Assembly (NCBI GenBank): GCA_963798485.1
Contig: CAWCTR010000017.1
Span: 32,001-96,000 of the forward strand
Direction of reading: 5' to 3'
Origin: an uncultured delta proteobacterium
Lineage (GTDB): Bacteria; Desulfobacterota; Desulfomonilia; UBA1062
Length of the DNA stretch: 64,000 bases
This document shows positions 52,692 through 62,283 of the stretch, piece after piece; positions within the stretch are counted from its first letter, which is position 1; every line of letters starts with the position of its first letter. The position numbers and the translations under genes were made by a program. Under the pieces are notes generated by a model. That model made no database searches, was not told where the DNA came from, and saw nothing but the letters and a program-made list of their open reading frames with translations.

Positions 52692-55616
52692 ATGAGATAC
52701 ACAAAACGAACTAAAGATCATCTCATGATCGAATTGGCTGAAGCACGACAACTGATTTATGAATTAAAAAAATCAGCATCAGATCATAAAAGAATTGAAG
52801 AGGCAATCAAGGGGAGCGAAGAGCACTTTCGCAATCTTGTAGAGAATGCACACGATGTAATCTGGGTCTTTGATCTCACCCTAGGCTACACCTATGTTAG
52901 CCCATCAGTCACACGCCTAAGGGGATATAGTGTGGAAGAGGCTATGCAACAAAGGCTTGACCAAGTCCTGACGCCCGAGTCCTATAAGAAGGCCACGGAA
53001 ATGTTCGAGAGAGAGCGGGACCTGGAGATGAGCGAGCAGCGGCATGGCGCTGATTGGTCACTCACCTCTGAATTTGAAATGATCCACAAGGACGGTTCTA
53101 TTTTCTGGGTAGAAATCACCATGAATCCTCTCTTTGATGAGGCAGGTATGATCAAGGGTATTATGGGGATCACCCGTGACATTTCCGAGCGTAAGAGAGC
53201 TGAGGAAGCGCTGCGCAAGAGCGAGGCCAAGTACCGGTTTCTTACAGAAAACATGAACGACATCGTCTGGACGGCGGATCTGGATTTCAATGTCACCTAT
53301 GACAGTCCTGCAGTAGAAAGAGTCCTGGGGTTCACCGTGAACGAGCGCATGACACAGGAAGCCCAGAAGATGCTAACCCCTGATTCTTTTGCACAAGCGC
53401 TAGAAGTCCTGAGTGCAGAACTCAAGCGCGAGCAGGAAGAGGGTGTTGATCCAGATAGAACTATCAAACTGGAGCTGGAATATTATCACAAGAATGGTTC
53501 CACCATATGGATGGAATGTGTTGTGTCTGCAATACGGGACGATTCAGGCAAAATCATTGGGATACATGGGGTATCACGCGATATCACCGACCGTAGGCGT
53601 GCCGAATCTGCCATCAAGGAGAGCGAGAAACGCTTTCGTTCCCTCATTCAGAAATCTTTGGATATGATCATAATGCTGAACGCGGACGGGGTTATTACCT
53701 ATGAAACCCTATCCTTGGAGAGCATCCTCGGTTACCAACCTGGTTATCTTATTGGCAAGTCGCCATTTGAATTGATCCATCCCGATGATTTCGAAAGGGT
53801 TACAAACGATCTAAACGAAGTCTACCTGAAGACCAATCCCGGTATACCTACTGAATTCCGTTGTCGCAAGGCTGACGGCACCTGGGTTTACCTGGAGGCC
53901 CTTGGGCAGAACCTCCTGGATGAGCCTGCTGTCAATGGTATTGTAATAACTGCCCGTGACATCTCTGAGCGCAAACAGACCGAGGAGAAACTGCGGAGTT
54001 CGGAAGAATTATTTTCAAAGGCTTTTCATTTAAGCCCCAACCCCATGACAATTCTTTCCATGAAAGATATGAAATACCTGGATGTTAACGAGAGCTCCTT
54101 GAAATATAGTGGATACTCACGTGAAGAGCACATTGGACGTACTCCCCTGGATCAAGAAATATTTAATAAAGAGTTTATATTTAAGGGGATGCAGTTATTA
54201 CGTGAAAAGGGTGGATATCGTGACATGGAATTCTCATTCCATTCAAAAACAGGAGAGCTTCATGTAGGGCTCCTATCGGCAACCACCATAAATATCAATA
54301 ACGAACCCTGTATTTTGACCGTTACCCAAATCATCACTGACCGTAAGCAAATGGAAGAGGAGCTGAAGAGTCGCCGTGAGCAACTGGAAACCCTTGTTAA
54401 AGAACGTACTGCCGCGCTTTTGAAGGCCATTGAACAGATGGAAAAACAGATCGAAGAGCGCAAGCGGGCGGAGGAAGCATTGCGCACGAATGAAGAAATA
54501 TTCCGCATCCATTTCTCCCTCAGCAACGATGTCATGTACACAAGTGATGAAGAGTTGAGGGTCCTCAGTGTCACACCGAACGTGGAAAGGATCCTCGGAT
54601 ACAAGCCACAGGAACTGGTTGGGGAAACCTATCAGGAGACAAATGTACTCCATTCGGAAGACCTGGGAAGGGCCTTCGACGATGCTATGAACAAGCTATC
54701 CGGGGGAGCGAGCCGCAATCAGATTTACCGGTTCATCACGAAAGACGGGAAAACGAAATATGGTGAGGTGAGCAATGTGCCCCTCATAAAGAAAGGTCGT
54801 GGAACCACGTTGATCTCCGTGGCCAGGGATGTCACCGAGCGTGTTGAAAAAGAACAGGCCCTTCTCGAAACCCTGGATAGGTACCGTACCCATTTCTCAC
54901 TCACTGATGATGTCATGTTCTCCTTTGATCACAAGTTAAGGATCAAAAGTGTCTCACCGAACGTAGAGAAAGTCCTTGGGTACAAACCTGAGGAACTTAT
55001 TGGAAAACCCGTTCATAAACTTGGTGTGTTATCTCCTGAATACATGGATGAGGCACTTGATGAAGCTATGCATCTACTCTCAGGACAGACAAACAGTTCT
55101 TCCATCTACGAGTTCATAACTAAAGACGGAAATCGGAAATTTGGAGAGATAAGCAGCAGCCCCCTAAAACGGGATGGACGTGTGGTGGAAGTAATAACTG
55201 TTGCCAGGGAAATCACAGAAAGCATCAAGAAGGGGAAGTTGCTGCGAGAAACTGAAGATACAGCCCAGGCGCTGGTGAATGCATGCACAGATTTCATGGC
55301 ATTAATCGACATCACAGGAACCATAATTTATATAAACAAAGCGGCTTCAGAAAGATTGGGTAAAAGCATTAAGGAATTATTGGGGACCTGTATTTTCGAT
55401 AATCTGCCACAGGAGGTGGCGGATAGGAGAAAGATTTACTTTGAACAAGTCATTAGCTCGGGTAATCCGATACGCTTTGAAGATGAGAATCGAGGAAGAT
55501 TGATCCACAGTAGCTGGTTTCCAGTCTATAATGAACTGGGTAAGGTTACCAGAATTGCTATTCACACCGAGGACATCACAGAGCTCAAACAGGCCTTTTT
55601 CAAAGGCAAGATGTGA
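52692..55616 (+). CDS. Seven-PAS-domain protein without output domain
   Basis: Seven PAS/PAC repeats, most ending in (R/E)DIT/DIS-type motifs. No H-box, GGDEF or HTH. Confidence 0.88.
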   Translation: MRYTKRTKDHLMIELAEARQLIYELKKSASDHKRIEEAIKGSEEHFRNLVENAHDVIWVFDLTLGYTYVSPSVTRLRGYSVEEAMQQRLDQVLTPESYKKATEMFERERDLEMSEQRHGADWSLTSEFEMIHKDGSIFWVEITMNPLFDEAGMIKGIMGITRDISERKRAEEALRKSEAKYRFLTENMNDIVWTADLDFNVTYDSPAVERVLGFTVNERMTQEAQKMLTPDSFAQALEVLSAELKREQEEGVDPDRTIKLELEYYHKNGSTIWMECVVSAIRDDSGKIIGIHGVSRDITDRRRAESAIKESEKRFRSLIQKSLDMIIMLNADGVITYETLSLESILGYQPGYLIGKSPFELIHPDDFERVTNDLNEVYLKTNPGIPTEFRCRKADGTWVYLEALGQNLLDEPAVNGIVITARDISERKQTEEKLRSSEELFSKAFHLSPNPMTILSMKDMKYLDVNESSLKYSGYSREEHIGRTPLDQEIFNKEFIFKGMQLLREKGGYRDMEFSFHSKTGELHVGLLSATTININNEPCILTVTQIITDRKQMEEELKSRREQLETLVKERTAALLKAIEQMEKQIEERKRAEEALRTNEEIFRIHFSLSNDVMYTSDEELRVLSVTPNVERILGYKPQELVGETYQETNVLHSEDLGRAFDDAMNKLSGGASRNQIYRFITKDGKTKYGEVSNVPLIKKGRGTTLISVARDVTERVEKEQALLETLDRYRTHFSLTDDVMFSFDHKLRIKSVSPNVEKVLGYKPEELIGKPVHKLGVLSPEYMDEALDEAMHLLSGQTNSSSIYEFITKDGNRKFGEISSSPLKRDGRVVEVITVAREITESIKKGKLLRETEDTAQALVNACTDFMALIDITGTIIYINKAASERLGKSIKELLGTCIFDNLPQEVADRRKIYFEQVISSGNPIRFEDENRGRLIHSSWFPVYNELGKVTRIAIHTEDITELKQAFFKGKM

Positions 55617-55633
55617 TAATAAGTTATATCTGC

Positions 55634-55825
55634 AATCCTTCATCCAGGTCCTATTTATTCAATGGGGAAAAACGCCGATTCGGCGTTTTTTGTAGAGACG
55701 CAAAGTTGTGGGTCATGCCTAACATCTCAAATAACCGGTCTATATACGTCCTAAGCAAGAGTTCGATCGTAACCTCACCCTTTGGATAGTGGAGCAAATC
55801 AAAACCAGTCCTGCGCGAATAAGGC
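55634..55825. repeat. About 190-bp dispersed repeat, copy 2
   Basis: Homologous to 51439-51631. Confidence 0.85.
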
Positions 55826-56037
55826 GAAGTTATGTTGATGAGTACATGGGCACAACCTTCATCAATTGCCGGGTATACAAAAAGAATGATCAAGGGCAAT
55901 TGTTACCTACGGATAAAGGAATTGCCCTTAATGATTGGTGCATCGACAAAGTCATCGATGCCCTCATGAAGGCAAGGAAAGTATTGAGGAATAGCGATAG
56001 CCTTCAGAAGTTGGTTCCTGGATCAAAGGCGGATTAG
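55789..56037 (+). pseudogene. PC4/YdbC-like ssDNA-binding domain, probably 5'-truncated
   Basis: VDEYMGTTFINCRVY.......LPTDKGIAL PC4 pattern. The N-terminal codons lie within the 190-bp repeat. Confidence 0.6.
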
Positions 56038-56058
56038 GACCTACTAGCAGATGATTTG

Positions 56059-56424
56059 TTATTGGTCGGTATCTGAAGCCAATCTGCTTAGGGCAAGAAG
56101 TGATGCCTGGTCAAGATTCCTCATAGTGTTGATGAGCTTTTTAATCTCGCGGTTGTCCTGATCCATGAACTCGATGCCCATCCCTTTCCTGGGCGCACAG
56201 TGGACGACCTTACCTTCCACATAAATGACTTTTCCCTCGTCAACCACATCCAGGGTCATGCGTATGATCTCGCCGCATTCTAAAGTGTGAGAAGATTCAA
56301 TGTGTAGACCGCTGATGCCAATGTTTGTCACCGTGCCCTTCAGAATTTTTCTTTTGTAGTCCTGATATCTGGCCTCGATCTTTATTGGGTTCCTGGTATA
56401 ACGCCTTTTGTCTTTTACTTTCAT
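56059..56424 (-). CDS. PilZ domain protein
   Basis: DKRRYTR (RxxxR), NIGISG and GMGIEF. Confidence 0.88.
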   Translation of the reverse strand: MKVKDKRRYTRNPIKIEARYQDYKRKILKGTVTNIGISGLHIESSHTLECGEIIRMTLDVVDEGKVIYVEGKVVHCAPRKGMGIEFMDQDNREIKKLINTMRNLDQASLLALSRLASDTDQ

Positions 56425-56729
56425 GCGTACACTTTTACCTGAATTCTATTATCACTTATGATTTTCGTCAGAACCCTTCCCATTCTTTAACAACATTTAT
56501 TTATAAGAGACTACAGAGTGACTTATGCAGTTTTTCTCATTTCTAACTTCTGTTGGATACAAATTCCTGATGATCCTACAGCCCTTGAATAAGATTCTCA
56601 CACTATGTTGGACAAGTGTAATAAAATGTCACAATTGGATGAAGCAGTGGCTACAAGGGTTTTGCAGGTTAAGTTATCGATCATATAATGCCGATAGGGC
56701 GATAATATACACTAAAGGAGATATAATTT

Positions 56730-57131
56730 ATGGCATTTGTGAGATACACTAAATCAATTAAAAGCTATTTACCAAAAATTTCTATATGGAAAAGAGGACA
56801 GATAGGCTTCAACCAAGGGGCAATTGCAAAATGCAATCTAATTGATTATAAATACGCAATACTTTTCTATGATGAGGATGAAAAGAAGATTGGTATACAA
56901 TTTACAAACGACCCATCTGAAAAAGGTGTCATTAAAATCGTAAAGGCTAAAACAGGGGTCTCTATATCGGCTAAAAGTTTTCTAGGTATATACGGATTAC
57001 TGCATGATAAAACTATTAACTACAATGTTTATTATGATGAAAATAACAAGTTATACATAATTGACCTCAAGGAAAAGGATCACGTACTATCCAATCTTTT
57101 AGATGTTCCACAAGAAGCTTTTCCCTCTTAA
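56730..57131 (+). CDS. Hypothetical protein (AT-rich)
   Basis: AAGGAG RBS and a 133-aa ORF. No motif recognised. Confidence 0.7.
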   Translation: MAFVRYTKSIKSYLPKISIWKRGQIGFNQGAIAKCNLIDYKYAILFYDEDEKKIGIQFTNDPSEKGVIKIVKAKTGVSISAKSFLGIYGLLHDKTINYNVYYDENNKLYIIDLKEKDHVLSNLLDVPQEAFPS

Positions 57132-57500
57132 AATGATTAAAGGTTGATGTAAACTTGATTGATACATGGACTGAGAAGTAGCGGGGTGTCAGATAGTAAC
57201 AGGAAGAGATATTTTAGGGCTGCTTCTTTCTCTGGGGCATTAATACTTGTTCTTCTTAGGTAAGGTTTATTTGGAATGAGAGCAATAGCCATAGATTATA
57301 TTACGATATCTCTGGTAGAGGGCAAGGAGATGGGACCATTGAGTTATCGCAGGTATATTCAAGAGCGAGGCTACAGATCTAGGAACTGAGACAACTCTTC
57401 TGGAAAATCTTTTCCTAGGGGAATAGGAAATAATTTCCACTTTCCTCAACCCTGGGCAGTTCATATATTATAACTTGATAGAATTATATATGTTATTAAT

Positions 57501-57516
57501 TGGCACGCTCATTGCA
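57501..57516 (+). promoter_or_regulatory. Sigma-54 promoter of RHH copy 2
   Basis: TGGCACGCTCATTGCA matches TGGCAC-N5-TTGCA exactly. Confidence 0.8.
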
Positions 57517-57559
57517 TATTAAATATATAAATATATTAAACATGATGAAAGGATGAATT

Positions 57560-57799
57560 ATGGCAATTCGAGGAAGAAAACCACTAGATCTGAGAAACAA
57601 CGGTACGGATACAAAGCTTATAAAAAGGAATTATTATTTAGAAGAGCGACTTACAAAGGCTCTTACCGTTCTTTCCGCATTGACCGGAAAAGAGCTTTCT
57701 CTTCTCGTGAATGAGGCCATCGTTGAACTGGTTCATAAATATCAGCCGAAGACAGGTATCGACTTGCTCAACTTGGAAACAATAGAAAGAGAAAATTAA
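57560..57799 (+). CDS. Small RHH-like protein, copy 2
   Basis: Identical to copy 1 except for the last residues. Confidence 0.75.
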   Translation: MAIRGRKPLDLRNNGTDTKLIKRNYYLEERLTKALTVLSALTGKELSLLVNEAIVELVHKYQPKTGIDLLNLETIEREN

Positions 57800-57961
57800 C
57801 CTGTACGCTTTGCCAATATTGAATATTTGTAACCGAAATCTTCGCTCTGCTATGATCCAGATGAGATATTGATATTTAAAAAGTGATCAAATAATCACTC
57901 CTCATCAAACACAGAGAACCAGCCTACACCATCCAGATGCAAGCTGGCTCTCTGCCTATTC

Positions 57962-58075
57962 CTACTTAACCATACCCAGTATCGTCCCACCGACCTTTTT
58001 AAGCTTGTAGCTGCTGTCCGCAGGCAGCCCGTTGAACTGGACAGCCTTTGTATAAGTGTTTATGACTTTGAACAT
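57962..58075 (-). pseudogene. 37-aa ORF resembling the C-terminal end of DUF932-type proteins
   Basis: MFKVINTYTKAVQFNGLPADSSYKLKKVGGTILGMVK. AAGGAG upstream and a hairpin downstream. Family recalled from memory. Confidence 0.4.
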
Positions 58076-58357
58076 ATTATTCTCCTTCCGAATCTCTCGA
58101 TAGGATGAACGCTGACCTTATGGTTAATCCTTCAAGTCCAGGATTCCTGAAAAATTTGAAAATATCCTCAACCATGTTATCTCAATGGTTAATATATATG
58201 GATGTATGGTTTTATCTGAATGAATAGATGGAATGACCTGAGATGATTAGAAGATAGATATTTGCGTAGGGAGCTTCCATCCGGCTACTGGAAAGTTCAT
58301 GATTATCCCAAAACATCAGCTAGTTACGTTATCAAGATAAATTAATATAAAATATAC

Positions 58358-58472
58358 TTGACATTATTATATTATCAAGTTATATTAATATAAAACATAG
58401 TCGGCATCGATTTGTTATTGTGAAATAATAATATAAAATATAGTTTACATCGACTTGTTATTGTGATATAAA
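58358..58472 (+). promoter_or_regulatory. Two sigma-70-like promoters overlapping a 43-bp direct repeat
   Basis: TTGACA-17-TATATT (58358-58386) and TTTACA-17-TATAAA (58444-58472). CATCGAYTTGTTATTGTGAWATA occurs twice. Confidence 0.6.
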
Positions 58473-58544
58473 GATTGATAGATGATATCAATGCTTATAG
58501 CATCTGAGATATATAACTATTATAATGAAAATAAATTATTAGTA

Positions 58545-58904
58545 TGAGGATTCTGGCCATGTCACTGAGATCAAAAGTACCATTTCATTGGTGGGTTTCT
58601 AGACAACCTTCAAAGAATGAGTCCTACTTTGCGGGGGACTCATTCTTCGAAGGTTTTATCGAAAAGAGGTGGTGCTTGTGTCTTTAGTTCAACAATTCAG
58701 CAAAAACTACAATGGTTATATATTTTTATATTGGTGTGAGGATTCTGGCGCCATGGCACTTGTTCAAGAGTACCATTTCATTGGTGGGTTTCTAGGCAAC
58801 CTTCAAGGAATGAGTCCTACTTTGCGGGGGACTCATTCTTTGAAGGTTTTGTAGAAAGGAGGTGGTGCTGGGGCCTTTAGTCCATTAATTCAGCAAAAAA
58901 TACA
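58545..58904 (+). ncRNA. Tandem duplicated structured leader element (2 copies of about 165 nt), candidate cis-regulatory RNA
   Basis: Copies at 58545-58711 and 58737-58904, each with an about 21-bp stem (58605-58655 and 58798-58848). Confidence 0.55.
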
Positions 58905-58948
58905 CATGATTCTTGACGGCAAAAGGGAAACTAGGACTGTAACGTAAC

Positions 58949-58980
58949 AATTACTGATAGGTAAAATTACTGATAGGTAA
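58949..58980 (+). repeat. Perfect 16-bp tandem repeat before the RBS
   Basis: AATTACTGATAGGTAA twice. Confidence 0.9.
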
Positions 58981-58994
58981 AAGGAGCAAATGTC

Positions 58995-60269
58995 ATGAAG
59001 AGAGTATTTGTATTTCTGGCAATAATGATACTGCCCATGTCAATATGGGCAATGACCCCGGTTACAGATTATGATCTATCTAATGTAACCGGTCAGGCTG
59101 GCGTGAACATCAACCCTAACATCTCAATGAACATCTACATCGGAACTATGGCCTGGGGCGACTCAGATGGTATCACAGGTATTTACAACCCCTGGATAGT
59201 CCCTGCCAACTCTAGCGGTGGTTATATCGGGATAGCAAACTTCAACCTCAGCAACCTCACCATAGAAGAACGAATGGAGTCTACTGACAACTACGGCGGC
59301 TATAATACCATGATGGTGAAGCCGATCACCATCGACGTGGCGACCGTCAATGCCCCGTTGTCAGTAACCACCATTCCTTCTTGGGGTGGGGCTGTTACAA
59401 CTGAGAACTTGGCCTCTGGCACGACATTTGTCCGTTTCGGCCTTGGCGCTCTTGAGATATCAGTGGGATCGATGTCGTTTGATATCAATCTGTACAAACG
59501 CACCGGTCCAGTGGCAGCGACGGATGATATAAATACAGCGAGTGCACAGAACCTGGGCGATGTCGAGATTGGTTTGTTCTCTATGTACATCAATCCCTGG
59601 AGCTATGTAGACATTTACTCTGCCTCAGGTAATGTTGCAGGCAACACCTCAGGCGTACAGTTCGCTGTGAATGTAACCATTGACAAGCTCGACTTGACCT
59701 ATATTGGATGGAGTGACGAAGATGGTTTAACTAGCGGAGTAAACGCCACATCAGGACAAACTATTGGTAAGGTTACTGCCACAGACTGGATGAATGATAA
59801 AGCAGCTGGTTATATCGGACTCACCTCACTCAATGTTGGGTCCATCGCCATCAACGGGACAGTAGGCATTGATATTAACACCACCACGAAGGGTATCTAT
59901 GCCCAGCTCCCGATGATTCTAAGCGTAATTGGAACCCCGATTTCTCAATCAGCGTTCGAGAGTGCGCTCGCAACAGATGGGTTCTTCCAATACAATACTG
60001 CTGGGACAATAGTGAATGGTACGGCCCTGGGCACTTTAATGGGTCAACTTGGAATGGCTACTACAGCTAATCCTGTCACTGTGGTCCACATCTCCTTCCC
60101 GACCGAGTTCATGATTGATGTCGGCGGACCTGTCACAGCAGCAGTTCAGCTGTCTAATGCTTCTAACTTTGCAGCCGGTGCTGGAACGACAACCCTTGGT
60201 GACATCTATCTGTCACACTTCGGGTTTGATATTCATGCTGGTAGCTGGGTAGACATTTGGGCCCACTAA
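58995..60269 (+). CDS. DUF6160/FilA-like secreted protein
   Basis: Signal peptide, AMTPVTDYDLSNVTGQAGV, AWGDSDG, beta-rich G/T/N composition and C-terminal SWVDIWAH. Confidence 0.8.
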   Translation: MKRVFVFLAIMILPMSIWAMTPVTDYDLSNVTGQAGVNINPNISMNIYIGTMAWGDSDGITGIYNPWIVPANSSGGYIGIANFNLSNLTIEERMESTDNYGGYNTMMVKPITIDVATVNAPLSVTTIPSWGGAVTTENLASGTTFVRFGLGALEISVGSMSFDINLYKRTGPVAATDDINTASAQNLGDVEIGLFSMYINPWSYVDIYSASGNVAGNTSGVQFAVNVTIDKLDLTYIGWSDEDGLTSGVNATSGQTIGKVTATDWMNDKAAGYIGLTSLNVGSIAINGTVGIDINTTTKGIYAQLPMILSVIGTPISQSAFESALATDGFFQYNTAGTIVNGTALGTLMGQLGMATTANPVTVVHISFPTEFMIDVGGPVTAAVQLSNASNFAAGAGTTTLGDIYLSHFGFDIHAGSWVDIWAH

Positions 60270-60281
60270 TTTAGTCACTCT

Positions 60282-60322
60282 TGAGAAAGGAGGCCGGGTA
60301 AACCCCGGTTCTCCTTTCTTTC
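60282..60322 (+). terminator. Intrinsic terminator
   Basis: AGAAAGGAGGCCGGG...CCCGGTTCTCCTTTCTTT. Confidence 0.8.
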
Positions 60323-60922
60323 GAATGAATTGATATATGATATTTAAATCTGGCCTATAATTTAAACGATAATGTGATGCAAACCATATATGAAAGGTAT
60401 AAGATAGGTAGCCAGAATTGTAATGCTCAATTCATGGAGCTCGAGCCTCCAGAAAAGAGATGGGAGAGGGAAATGTCCCTCTTCTTTTTTTTATAAATAT
60501 GTATAAGAATATGAAGCATCAGCCTGACTGAATATCAGGTGAGTAGACGGGGTTCTCCTATGGCTGCGGGTTGAGATTTGTCTTCTCAGTTTCCGCCTGG
60601 ATTCCCGGCGGTGCCACAATCATCGGAGCAAACAAGAAGGTTATAATAGAAGCGTCGATAGATTCGTTCCCTCAATCTGTAGCGGCTATTAAAATGTACT
60701 TACCCTCTCTTAAGACAGATGTCTGGTTTTGTGCAAATGACCAAGCAAAGGTCAAGTTGAGCACAAAGAGCTTGGCATGCTTTCTATATGAGATCTTGTC
60801 TATACCCACCAAGGCAAACTGGCAATGAAAGACTCTCAAGGCTATTTGAAGTCTATGCAATACGACACCACACAAATCAGCACGTAATCAGTTCATTCTA
60901 TGGGAAGATCACTTCGCCACAA

Positions 60923-61130
60923 TAAGTTATTGTACTTGACATTAATATTGATTGCGTTATAATGATATATAATATACTGTGCTAAAAATACTATTCTGAT
61001 ATTATTATAAGGATATGTTCATGAGGTAAGTTATTGTACTTGACATTAATATTGATTGCGTTATAATAATATATTATACACTATGCTAAAAATTCTATTC
61101 TGATATTATTATAAGGATATATTCATGAGG
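60923..61130 (+). repeat. 104-bp tandem duplication of promoter, RBS and start codon
   Basis: Units 60923-61026 and 61027-61130, each with TTGACA-16-TATAAT. Confidence 0.92.
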
Positions 61131-61979
61131 ACGGATAAGAGCACAAGAGATCAGCTTTTAGTCGAGCTTGAACGAGCCAACAGAAGAATAACAGAGCTGG
61201 AAAATTCAGCTCAGAAAACTTTGCAAAAATATGATGATCTCCTCCGTATCCACTTCTCACTATCTAACGATGTCATGTACTCTTATGATCACAGATATAC
61301 ATTGACGTATGTATCACCGAATGTTGAGCGAAGACTCGGCTATAAACCCGAAGATCTGATCGGTAGAAAAATTTATGATCTGCTGGAGATTCTAGACCCA
61401 TTAGATCATGATGATGTTATTGAAGATGCATCCCACGCACTTTCAGGACATACCATCCTGTCTTCCATCTACAGATTTATAGCTAAAGACGGATCAATGA
61501 AGTTTGGTGAGGTTAGTAGTGTTCCCCTTATTCGAGAAGGCAAGGTTGTTGCTGTCATTTCTGTAGCCAAAGAAGTAACAGGGCGGGCAGCAAATGAGAA
61601 GTCTCAGGATAAAAATATAAGGGATAAGATAAGCCACTTAAGTTATAGAGTGAGTCCACAGGTTTTTCTGGATACTGCTGGTATTGTATTAGACCTGAAT
61701 GAAGGAGCTGCCGAGATTTTTGGTAAGAGCATAAATGAATTGGTGGGCTCGTCAATATTTCATCACACATCGGAAAACTTGGCAAAAAAGAGAAAGCTCA
61801 ACTTTGATAGAATCAAATCATCAGGCCAATCAGACAGTTTCTTAGAAGAGTATGGGGGGAGAATGTTTTATAACACACTATCCCCTGTTTGTGATGAGAA
61901 GGGTAATGTTTCAAGGATTGAGTTCAATATTCAGGAGCTGAGCGGGAAAAGATTTACTCAAACAGACGCTACTCATTAA
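61125..61979 (+). CDS. Two-PAS-domain protein without output domain
   Basis: RIHFSLSNDVMY..., paralogous to the N-terminal leader and last PAS domains of 52692..55616. Confidence 0.85.
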   Translation: MRTDKSTRDQLLVELERANRRITELENSAQKTLQKYDDLLRIHFSLSNDVMYSYDHRYTLTYVSPNVERRLGYKPEDLIGRKIYDLLEILDPLDHDDVIEDASHALSGHTILSSIYRFIAKDGSMKFGEVSSVPLIREGKVVAVISVAKEVTGRAANEKSQDKNIRDKISHLSYRVSPQVFLDTAGIVLDLNEGAAEIFGKSINELVGSSIFHHTSENLAKKRKLNFDRIKSSGQSDSFLEEYGGRMFYNTLSPVCDEKGNVSRIEFNIQELSGKRFTQTDATH

Positions 61980-62035
61980 TAATAGCGTCTTTGGTGCAGT
62001 GGATAAAATGTGCACCTAGCTATACAAGTTCCATT

Positions 62036-62237
62036 AAGTAGCAATTAATTTTTGTTCAATTTGAAACTTTCTGGCTAACCTTAAGTAAAGTAGCAATTAA
62101 TTTTTGTTCAATTTGAAACTTTCTGGCTAACCTTAAGTAAAGTAGCAATTAATTTTTGTTCAATTTGAAACTTTCTGGCTAACCTACTGAAGCATTTCAG
62201 TATTTTGATGTTCTGAAACTTTCTGGCTAACCTACTG
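62036..62237 (+). repeat. 52-bp tandem repeat (about 2.9 copies plus a partial fourth)
   Basis: AAGTAGCAATTAATTTTTGTTCAATTTGAAACTTTCTGGCTAACCTTAAGTA at 62036, 62088 and 62140. TGAAACTTTCTGGCTAACCTACT recurs at about 62215. Confidence 0.93.
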
Positions 62238-62283
62238 GAGTATTATAGTAGCTAAAAAGAATTTAAAAAGGAGAACATCACAA

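Noticed and set aside
58915-58945. c-di-GMP-I riboswitch (GGCAAA...GAAA)
   Set aside because: Lacks the paired P1/P2 architecture and the downstream conserved GCAAA segment.
60571-60875. Short ORFs between the DUF6160-like and PAS genes
   Set aside because: No RBS or recognisable motif, so unsupported.
62036-62237. CRISPR array
   Set aside because: Units are fully identical with no unique spacers, and there are no cas genes in the window.
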